Source: an uncultured Nitrospiraceae bacterium (GTDB lineage Bacteria; Nitrospirota; Thermodesulfovibrionia; Thermodesulfovibrionales; Dissulfurispiraceae). Taken from it: a stretch of DNA of 20,668 nucleotides. Every line of letters begins with the position of its first letter. The stretch's first letter is position 1. The position numbers and the translations under genes are program-made. Shown here in pieces: positions 1 to 8,000 of this stretch. The DNA lies in NCBI GenBank assembly GCA_947085205.1, contig CAMTVO010000033.1, forward strand, positions 1 through 20,668, written 5' to 3'. The notes under the pieces were generated by a model, which had not been told where the DNA came from, made no database searches, and was given only the letters and a program-made list of their open reading frames with translations.

Positions 1-30
1 GAAATTCTTAAAAAGATCAATTTATTTTGA

Positions 31-131
31 ATGATAGCGGAGCAGTCCTTCACCACCCTCGTTGACCAAATTCTCTCCGCCAAACAAAAAGACCCTAATG
101 CCGACACGTGTGGCAGGTTGACGAAATGGTC
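31..131 (+). pseudogene. C-terminal remnant of a type IIG/Eco57I-like restriction-modification enzyme
   Basis: Frame 1 reads QSFTTLVDQILSAKQKDPNADT. After a frame change, 114-131 reads QVDEMV. This matches the typical C-terminal tail of these proteins (LVDQILxAK..DP.ADTSALExQIDxLVYxLY), with the SALE part missing. REP-like palindromes then interrupt it. The rest of ORF 31..243 is repeat-derived. Confidence 0.6.
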
Positions 132-214
132 AGGGCAGGCTACAACCTGCCCCTGCCTGTCGGCAGACAGGTGCGAACTGGACACACCCCTTTATCCCCT
201 CTTAATAGAGGGGA
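132..214. repeat. Stack of three different REP-like palindromes
   Basis: gggcagg-ctacaa-cctgccc (133-152), cctgcctg-tcgg-cagacagg (152-171), and acacacccctttatcccctct-taat-agagggga (182-214, hairpin 195-214). Confidence 0.65.
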
Positions 215-250
215 ACAGGCTTGATAAGGCAAGGAGTGTGTGAGGAGGAG

Positions 251-285
251 TTGACTACAGTATATATATGATATACGATATATAC
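251..285 (+). promoter_or_regulatory. Sigma70-type promoter with overlapping inverted repeat (probable RHH antitoxin operator)
   Basis: TTGACT (251-256), 17 bp, TACGAT (274-279). Inverted repeat gtatatat (260-267)/atatatac (278-285) overlaps the spacer and -10. Confidence 0.55.
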
Positions 286-309
286 AAAATATGTTCTGGA
301 GGTAACGAC

Positions 310-558
310 ATGACAACACAGATGATTATAAGGATAGACGATGAGATTAAGAGCAGACTTAACAAACTTGCAAGGCTTGAAGGCAAAACAACAAGCGAAA
401 TGGTCAGGGAACTTATAGAAGAGCGTATTAAAGAACGTGATATCGGCGCATACATTGATGGCCTGTGGAACAGAATCGGGAAGAAATTGAAATCAAAAGG
501 CGTAACGTCCACAACGATAGAGAAGGCAATAAAAGCGTCGAGAAGAAAACAGGGATGA
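310..558 (+). CDS. CopG/ribbon-helix-helix antitoxin-like protein (82 aa)
   Basis: GGAGGT SD at 298-303, ATG at 310. MTTQMIIRIDDEIKSRLNKLARLEGKTTSEMVRELI is an RHH signature. Its stop overlaps (ATGA) the start of a PIN toxin stub. Confidence 0.85.
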   Translation: MTTQMIIRIDDEIKSRLNKLARLEGKTTSEMVRELIEERIKERDIGAYIDGLWNRIGKKLKSKGVTSTTIEKAIKASRRKQG

Positions 559-593
559 AGGTAGTTATTGATACAAATTTGACCAGCTTGTGA
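555..593 (+). pseudogene. Truncated PIN-domain (VapC-like) toxin, first 8 codons only
   Basis: ATG at 555 overlaps the antitoxin stop. It reads MKVVIDTN, the canonical PIN beta1/catalytic Asp motif, then LTSL-stop. Confidence 0.75.
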
Positions 594-880
594 TAGTGGG
601 TTCATCAAACTTTACGCCCTCCGGACTCACCCATAACACAGAGCTGAATTCCGTCTCCCTTGAATCAGAGGCCCTGTATGTTCGGTCGCACTGGTTTGAC
701 AAGTTCTGGAATGAGGCTATGGATTTCAAGGCCGGGCTTATTGAGCTTCTCGATGCCTCCAGGTTCGGAAGCAAAGAATATACACCGTATGATGTCTATA
801 TAAAAGCGCTCTTTGAGCTTCAGAAAGAGGACATTGAGGCAACGTACAAGGAAGTCGAGCAAAGGGAAACGGATGATCCG
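578..880 (+). pseudogene. Internal fragment of a PLD-nuclease domain, of the type found N-terminal to SNF2-like helicases
   Basis: FDQLVIVGSSNFTPSGLTHNTELN...WFDKFWNEA...YTPYDVYIKAL contains the GSxN and ExN half of the PLD motif. The upstream HxK and the downstream helicase are absent. ORF 590..1006 runs on into the antisense of the next gene. Confidence 0.7.
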
Positions 881-932
881 GCTCTCGGCGAACTGATGCC
901 GGATAAACCGCTATCCTCATACGACCTCCGTT

Positions 933-1430
933 TTACTGTTTTTCAGCTTCAGGAAAGGCACAGACCGCTTTATACAACGATTCGTCGCCCGTTCCCGGGA
1001 CAATAGGCTTCCATTCAGCATACGGAGATTCGGATTTTGACAACAGATTACTGTCCTTTGTGTAATCTGCTTCTGATATTGAACGAGACATCTTATCGGA
1101 ACAGTTTATTTCTTTTAAAAAAACTGTGTATTCATAATTTTCGTATCCCTTTATAGACAGTCCAAGCCTTTTATTTTCCTGTATCTGCCAGTTTTTGCCA
1201 TTTTCGCCCTTTGTAACACGCTTTGTCCATACCGTGACTATTTTCTTCCTGAAGATATCGAGGATGAGCTTTAAGGGATCCGGTTTGTCCACATTATGAT
1301 AGAAATAGAAATTTTGAGTTTCAGCATAAAGTTTCCAGTCTGCTCCATATGCATAATTGCAGCAAAGGGCTATCAGCCCAAAGGCTAAAATGACAATCCC
1401 ATGTTTTGATAATAATCCGATTTTTGTCAT
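933..1430 (-). CDS. Secreted surface-adhesin E-like family protein
   Basis: Signal peptide ending AYG-ADW, VTVWTK, EINC..K, and C-terminal WKPIVPGT..E.LYKAVC, all characteristic of this family. Confidence 0.65.
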   Translation of the reverse strand: MTKIGLLSKHGIVILAFGLIALCCNYAYGADWKLYAETQNFYFYHNVDKPDPLKLILDIFRKKIVTVWTKRVTKGENGKNWQIQENKRLGLSIKGYENYEYTVFLKEINCSDKMSRSISEADYTKDSNLLSKSESPYAEWKPIVPGTGDESLYKAVCAFPEAEKQ

Positions 1431-1436
1431 ACCTTA

Positions 1437-2843
1437 TCACTCCCTCCTTGCAACTCCGGTTTTATGTGCTGCTTCTGAGACCCTGGCAGCGACCTCTGTA
1501 ACCACTCTTCTGTCGAATATGCTCGGCACTATATAGTCTTCACTCAAATCCTTTTCGTCTACTATCGATGCTATTGCCATTGAAGCAGCAAGCTTTATCT
1601 TGTCATTCACCTCTTTTGCCCTTGAATTCAGAAGTCCTCTGAAGATGCCCGGAAAGCAGAGCATGTTGTTAATCTGATTCGGATAATCAGACCTGCCTGT
1701 TGCGAATATCCTTGCATGCGGTATGGCATCCTCCGGAGAGATCTCCGGCTCCGGATTTGCAAGGGCAAATACTATAGGGTCATGAGACATTTTTTTAATA
1801 TCATCAACACTTATGAGATTAGGCGCTGATACGCCTATAAATATATCCGCACCGGCCATCGCATCTGAAAGACTTCCCTTAATCATCCCCGGGTTTGTGT
1901 TTTCAGAAATCCATTCCTTTACGGCATTCATATGCTCTTTCCTGCCTTTATAAATCGCACCTGCCCTGTCGCAGACAATGATGTCTTTTATGCCGATTTT
2001 TAAGAGCATCTTGCATGTTGCTGTTCCTGCAGCGCCTGCACCGGATATTACTGCCTTTAAATCTTCTAATCTTTTCCCAACTACCTTAACCGCATTAATC
2101 AGAGCTGCAAGTATTACTACTGCTGTGCCGTGCTGGTCATCGTGAAATACAGGTATATCAAGCTCTTTCTTCAGTCTCTCTTCTATCTCAAAGCATCTCG
2201 GAGCCGATATGTCTTCGATGTTTATTCCTCCAAAAGCCGGTGAAATGTATTTCACGACCTTTATTATCTCTTCCGATTCCCTTGTTGAAAGGGCAATGGG
2301 AAATGCATTGATATCTGCAAATTCTTTAAAGAGCATTGCCTTTCCTTCCATTACAGGCATTGCCGCCTCAGGCCCTATGTCTCCGAGACCGAGCACAGCG
2401 CTTCCGTCTGTGATGATTGCAACGGAATTTCTCTTTATAGTGAACCTGTATGCCTTTTCTTTGTCTTGGTGTATTGCCGTGCAGACCCTTGCGACTCCTG
2501 GCGTATAAACCATCGAGAGGTCATTGCGGTTTTTCACCGGGACTTTGTTGTGTATCTCTATTTTGCCTCCGTGATGCATAAGGAATGTCCTGTCAGAGAC
2601 ATGGAGAATCTTTACGCCTTCCACTCTTTTTACGCTCTCGATTATCTCTCTTTCGTGGGCCTCGTTCCTTGCATTTACCGTGACATCCCTGACTATCATG
2701 CCTTTGCCGGCAGTTACGATATCGACTGCACCGATATCGCCTCCTGCATTTCCAATGGCAGTTATTATTTTTCCAAACATCCCTACCTTGTTAATTATTT
2801 CGAGTCTGAGGGTTATACTGTAGCTTGGGCTTGGTATTTTCAT
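1437..2843 (-). CDS. NAD(P)-dependent malic enzyme with N-terminal ACT domain
   Basis: YTPGVA, TDGSAVLGLG, VMEGKA, INIEDI, FHDDQHGTA, GAGAAG, FALANP and ATGRSDYPNQINN motifs. The N-terminal ~75 aa is ACT-like. Confidence 0.95.
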   Translation of the reverse strand: MKIPSPSYSITLRLEIINKVGMFGKIITAIGNAGGDIGAVDIVTAGKGMIVRDVTVNARNEAHEREIIESVKRVEGVKILHVSDRTFLMHHGGKIEIHNKVPVKNRNDLSMVYTPGVARVCTAIHQDKEKAYRFTIKRNSVAIITDGSAVLGLGDIGPEAAMPVMEGKAMLFKEFADINAFPIALSTRESEEIIKVVKYISPAFGGINIEDISAPRCFEIEERLKKELDIPVFHDDQHGTAVVILAALINAVKVVGKRLEDLKAVISGAGAAGTATCKMLLKIGIKDIIVCDRAGAIYKGRKEHMNAVKEWISENTNPGMIKGSLSDAMAGADIFIGVSAPNLISVDDIKKMSHDPIVFALANPEPEISPEDAIPHARIFATGRSDYPNQINNMLCFPGIFRGLLNSRAKEVNDKIKLAASMAIASIVDEKDLSEDYIVPSIFDRRVVTEVAARVSEAAHKTGVARRE

Positions 2844-2850
2844 GGGATAA

Positions 2851-3095
2851 TTATATCAAAATCTTCGTAATGTGAATTGCAATAGGTAAGGTAATAAAAG
2901 AAATGACTGTTGGCACCACGATTATAAATGCTGACAAAGATGTGTCGAGTTTGAACCGCGCAGCTATAATGAGAGATAGCACCATGGTAGGCATTACACC
3001 TTCATGGAATCGGCGCTCTCTTTGCCGACTCCAAATCTCCTGAAAACAGCGCCTATTAAAATGATTAAGATAAATGAAAAAAGTGTATCATGCAT
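2851..3095 (-). pseudogene. AEC (auxin efflux carrier/malate permease-like) transporter with a large internal deletion
   Basis: ATG at 3095 gives MHDTLFSFILIILIGAVFRRFGVGKESADSM. Near 3003 it joins out of frame to EGVMPTMVLSLIIAARFKLDTSLSAFIIVVPTVISFITLPIAIHITKILI-stop (2851). These resemble the first and last TM helices of AEC proteins. The stop is 7 bp before the malic enzyme ATG. Not in the ORF track. Confidence 0.8.
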
Positions 3096-3120
3096 GATAA
3101 ATTGATTAATTATTATTAGG

Positions 3121-3358
3121 AATCATTGCTGTCCAAAATAATTGTTTTAAAGGCATATAGCTCAATTTCCTTGCAAAAGAACTACCTTTATGCAAACGCA
3201 TATCATTATTTGACCATAATGTCTTTAGCAAAATATTTTACTCGGCTTCCGCTTCGACTTCAGCCGAGTTGAGGTAACCCGTGCTTTTGACTGCTGAAAT
3301 TGAGCAGTATGCCTTGATTTTATTGTTTATCATAAATTTATTTTGGACAGATATGATT
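3121..3358. mobile_element. MITE-like element with imperfect terminal inverted repeats and an internal hairpin
   Basis: aatcattgctgtccaaaataa (3121-3141) vs reverse complement of 3338-3358 (aatcatatctgtccaaaataa), 19/21 match. A second inverted block aaggcata..gctcaatttc lies at ~3150-3169 vs ~3296-3315. Internal hairpin actcggct/agccgagt at 3240-3269. No ORF. Confidence 0.55.
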
Positions 3359-4373
3359 AAGAATAAAGAATATCCTTGCTGACTGCTTTTACATCTGCTG
3401 TGCCTGTTAATAACATAGTCTGTAAGAGTTCGCCCTTTATTTTATTGAGCAAAAAGGCAACGCCGTCCTTCCCGCCTCCAAAGGCGCCGACAATGAGCGG
3501 CCTGCCGACCAGCACAGCATTGGCACCAAGGGCAAGAAGCTTAAGTACATCTGCGCCTGTGCGAACTCCGCCGTCAGCGAAAATGATGAGTTTACCCTTG
3601 ACCCTATTTGCTATTTCTGGCAAAACATCGGCTGCTCCAGGTGTGTGATCCAGAACCCTTCCTCCATGATTTGACACCACAATGGCTGATGCCCCTGCCT
3701 CCGCAGCCATTTCCGCCTCTTCCGGCGTCATGATGCCTTTAAGAATAAATGGCAGTTTAGTGGATGATATGAGTTCTTTGATTTCATTCAGAGTTTTTGG
3801 ACTGACAGGCTGTCCCTTTAAAGCCATTGTAACCAGCCCTGCGCCGTCAATATCCACCCCAACTGCTATTGCACGTGCATCCTCTGCAAGGCGAATACGA
3901 TTTATTATTTCTTCCTGTTGTCTCGGTTTGATTATGGCTATGCCCTTTCCATTGTTTGATATGATGGCCTTCAAACCGCTTCCATACATTACCGGGTCTG
4001 CGCCGTCGCCTGTCATGCCATAGGTTCCGGCTTTCAGGCATCCTGATATTATCTCTTCTGTGAATTCCTCTTCTGTCATTTTTCCGCCCAAGTTGTAGGT
4101 GGTGCCTGTCATAGGTGCTGCCAGAATCGGCATCGAGAGAGTCGCACCCCATAACATTATAGAAGTATCCGGCATTTTTGCATTATGAATAGTGCGCATG
4201 TTAAAACGGTAACGAGCCAGTGCTTCCAGATTTGCCTTGAAGGCGCTTCCGGTTCCAACTCCTCCGATGCCTGGCACTTCGCCTGCACACGCGCGCCCGT
4301 CGCAAACAAGGCATACCCTGCAGTAGCCTTTAAGTTTTTCACTTGCAGTTTTTTTCAATGTCGCCAAGTCCAT
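3357..4373 (-). CDS. FMN-dependent alpha-hydroxy-acid dehydrogenase (L-lactate dehydrogenase/glycolate oxidase family) with N-terminal Cys cluster
   Basis: PILAAP, ILKGI, VVSNHGGR, DGGVRTG.DV.K.LALGA..V.VGRP motifs. ATG at 4373 (MDLATL) is preceded by AGGAG. CRVCLVCDGRAC lies at the N-terminus. Confidence 0.9.
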   Translation of the reverse strand: MDLATLKKTASEKLKGYCRVCLVCDGRACAGEVPGIGGVGTGSAFKANLEALARYRFNMRTIHNAKMPDTSIMLWGATLSMPILAAPMTGTTYNLGGKMTEEEFTEEIISGCLKAGTYGMTGDGADPVMYGSGLKAIISNNGKGIAIIKPRQQEEIINRIRLAEDARAIAVGVDIDGAGLVTMALKGQPVSPKTLNEIKELISSTKLPFILKGIMTPEEAEMAAEAGASAIVVSNHGGRVLDHTPGAADVLPEIANRVKGKLIIFADGGVRTGADVLKLLALGANAVLVGRPLIVGAFGGGKDGVAFLLNKIKGELLQTMLLTGTADVKAVSKDILYS

Positions 4374-4469
4374 CCGTCGCTCCTGTTTTAATTGTTTTCG
4401 AATTATGATAAGCAAGTCTTTTTGTTTAAATCAATATTATTTTTCTTTCTGGAATGTTTATAATTTACT

Positions 4470-4688
4470 ATGCCCAAAGACCTCTGGCCAAAAGACATTT
4501 CAAAGGCAAAAGAGATACAGGATGGATTGAGAAAGAGGGTGGAGATTATATCTCTGAAAAAGACACCCGAAATAATCGCGGGGGTTGATGCAGCTTTTGT
4601 TGACGACAAGATTATAGCAGTTGCCACCCTCTATTCAGAAGTGCGGACATTTTTTCAAAGAGGCTTAAGCGCCTCGTCTCTTCCTTAG
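4470..4688 (+). pseudogene. nfi: 5' fragment of endonuclease V
   Basis: WPKDISKAKEIQDGLRKRV...IIAGVDAAF...IIAVATLY matches the EndoV N-terminus with its first catalytic Asp. Similarity ends near 4634 (~55 of ~220 aa), and the ORF then runs into the convergent gene. Confidence 0.75.
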
Positions 4689-5021
4689 ATAAAGCCATGC
4701 ATTGAATATGCATATGAAAACGGTGAGTATAAAGATTGCATAGCGCGGAAGCCCTATATAAATTATTTTTTCTGCATAGTGTGCAATGAACGAGCCTGTA
4801 TACGCCAAATAGGGATCGTGTTTCGACCGCAGCCATATTTCAAGGTGTGTAAGAGGACAGTACCAGTCAAATGCCTGTATGATGAGTGCAAAGACAATGC
4901 CTGAGATGTGAAAGATTTTTACGGCTTTGTATTTTATTCCTAAAAAGGCGCCGAATACCAAGAATACTATCCAGAGGAAATGGACAGTGACGACTATATC
5001 AGCGAGGATTTTGAATGTCAA
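4665..5021 (-). CDS. DUF2784-family membrane protein
   Basis: LADIVVTVHFLWIVF...WYCPLTHLE.WLR...Y.GSFIAHY. The probable TTG start at 5021 overlaps the purL stop (TTGA). Confidence 0.8.
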   Translation of the reverse strand: MTFKILADIVVTVHFLWIVFLVFGAFLGIKYKAVKIFHISGIVFALIIQAFDWYCPLTHLEIWLRSKHDPYLAYTGSFIAHYAEKIIYIGLPRYAIFILTVFICIFNAWLYLRKRRGA

Positions 5022-8000
5022 TTCCCTTCGCACCACTCTCTTGCATTCTGAAACATCTTAAGCCACGGCGATGCCTTAAGGTCTTTCTTCATCTCCTCCG
5101 GTATCCATGCCCACTGCCACTTCAGGAATGTCCTTTCAGGATGGGGCATAAGGGCAAGATGTCTGCCGTCGGGTGTGCATAATGCCGTAATCCCGTACGG
5201 CGAGCCATTTGGATTGAGCGGATATTTTTCTGTGAACTCTCCGTTGTCATCCACATATCTGATGGGTGCAAGCTTTTTGTCGATTATTTCATTCATTATC
5301 TTTTTGTCGGGGAAATGCGCGAGACCTTCTCCGTGGGCTATCCAGACACCTAAAACAGAGCTTTCCATATCTTTCAGCATTATTGACGGACTCTCAATAA
5401 TCCTGACTGTGGCGAATCTGGACTCAAATCTCCCGGACTTGTTATGTATGAACCTCGGCTGGAATTTATCATCGATCCCCTGCCATGGAACCCAACCGAG
5501 GAGCGCCATTAACTGGCACCCGTTGCATACGCCGAGACTGAAGGTGTCGGTCTTGTTGTAAAAACTATTGAACTGCTCATAGAGTGTTTTATTGAATCTT
5601 ATTGTTCCTGCCCAGCCTTTTGCAGAGTCGAGGACATCGGCATAGCTGAAGCCGCCCACAAAGGCCACGCCTTTAAATCTGGAGAGATTTATTTTTTCAT
5701 TCAGAAGATCTGTCATTGTTACATCCCATGGTTCAAATCCTGATAGGTAAAAGGCCGATGTCATCTCCCTGTCGCCATTGCTTCCTTCCTCGCGGATTAT
5801 TGCCACTGCAGGTTTTACATTTCTCTTTAAGATTATTTCAGGCGTCTGCTCAGGCGTGAACGGTATACGATACGATGGGCCGGTTCTGTCATAAATAACC
5901 TCTTTCTCTTCAATGACGCATTCAGGATTTGCCTGAAGCATGTCCAGTCGATGGCTGGTCTCTTCCCATATCGACCTTAGCTCTCTCATATCTTTATCGA
6001 CGATATTAATAGTTGAAGCATCAGGGGTATGGAGATTTATTTTTATTCTCTTTTCCGATAAAGTCCTGCCGATGATTTGATAAGGCACCGAATATCCCTT
6101 AAGGATTGAGGCTACAATATCTTCGTTCTCAGGAAGATATTCTATGACGAGACCCAGTTCTTCAGAAAATAGCATCGGTATTATATTCTTTTCCAACTCC
6201 TGATTTTTGACTCCTGACTGCTGACTTAAATTAACCTCCATGCCGCAATTCCCTGCGAATGCCATCTCCAGAAGTGTTGTTATGAGTCCGCCGTCGCTCC
6301 TGTCATGCCCTGAGAGTATGAGTCCTTTGTCTATCAATTCCTGAATCGCATTGAATGCATCCTTGAGGAGTTGAGTGCTGTCCACATCCGGCGACTCGTC
6401 GCCTACCTGTTTATAACAATGTGCGAGTGCAGAGCCTCCAAGCCTGTTTTTTCCGCTACCGATGTCTATGTGGATAAGCTTGGTTCTATCCGGCATTTTC
6501 AAATCAGGCGTAATAACCTTTGTAATGTCGGGACATGCGGCATATGCAGAAATTACAAGGGTTCCGGGCGATTTAACAGTCTCTGTCTCTCCTGACGGAT
6601 GTACAACCTTTGCAGCCATCGAAAGGCTGTCTTTGCCGCCGTCTACTGCAATGCCTAACTCAAGCATGACATCCCTCATTGCGATTGCCGCATCATAGAG
6701 CTTTGCTCCCTCTCCGGGAAGCTTCGGCGCCCACATCCAGTTTGCAGAGCATTTGATGTCTCTGAGAGAGCTTATTTTTGCCCATACGATATTTGTTAAT
6801 GCTTCGCCCACACTAATTCTCGCCATTGCAGACGGATTGATGAGACCTTTTATCGGCTGCTCGCCGATTGATATTGCCGCGCCCGATAATCCTGATTCAT
6901 GGCCGAAATGACTCTGTGCTATTACTGCAACATCGGATACCGTAAGCTGAAGCGGGCCTGCGCACTGCTGTCTTGCAATCAGGCCTGTGACAGACCTGTC
7001 CACTTTATTGGTAAGGAATCTCTTTGAACCTACCGAAACAAGCCTCAATACCCTATCGACGGCATCTATGATAGTTATGTCTTCAGGAAGGCGGAGCGGC
7101 TGCGTGTACATCGGAGTGCGTTCCATGTTGAAGGTCTTCTGAGGCATATCGCCAAGGACCTTTTCAAGTTTGAGGTTTTCGATGATATTGCCGTTATTTC
7201 CGTCATAGAGGACTATATATCCATCGCCTGTTATTTCGCCTATAACAGCAACAGGGACATTTTCCCTTTCGCATAAATCCCTGAACATTCCTATTTTGGT
7301 TGAATGTATAAGAAGCGCGTCCTGCTCCTGATATTCGGCGCCCCATATTTCAAGGACAGAGAGTGTATTGTCTCCGAGGATAATCTTTCTTATGTCTATT
7401 TTTGCGCCGGCAGGGTGGATAATCTCTTTTACCACATTGCAGTTTCCGCCTGCTCCCTGGTCGTGTATGCTCACGATTGGATTGTCGTAGCCGAGTTCAA
7501 CACATGTCCTTATGACCCTGTTCAGCTTCTGTTCCATCTCTGCGTCACCGCGCTGCACTGCGTTGAAATCCAACTCCTCTATATTTTCACCTGATATCAT
7601 GCTAGAGGCGGCTCCGCCGCCCATTCCTATGCGGTATGCAGGGCCTCCTATCTTTACGACCACCATGTCTTTTTGAGGCTCGCCTTTTTCGAGGTGTCTT
7701 GCATCTATCTGCCCGACACCGCCTGTGAACATGATGGGCTTTATCCATTCCCTGCGCTCGCCGTTTGGCATTTTCAATCCGAAAGACCTTGTGAAACCCT
7801 GTATTACAGGCTCTCCAAACTTGTTACCGTAGTCTGATGCGCCATTGCTCGCCTCTATTTCTATCTGTAAGGGAAAGGCGAGATTTTTGGGGTAAACAAA
7901 AGAGCCGTGCTCCCATGGAAGCGGATAGCCGGGAATGAAGAGGTTTCCAACGCAATAGGCAGCAGTGCCTGCAATCACAAGACTTCCCTTGCCTGTGGCA

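Noticed and set aside
1..30. Possible 3' end of an upstream gene (EILKKINLF-stop)
   Set aside because: Only 9 codons are visible, so it cannot be supported or identified.
31..243. 70-aa ORF as a real gene
   Set aside because: Only the first ~26 codons resemble a protein. The remainder is translated palindromic repeats.
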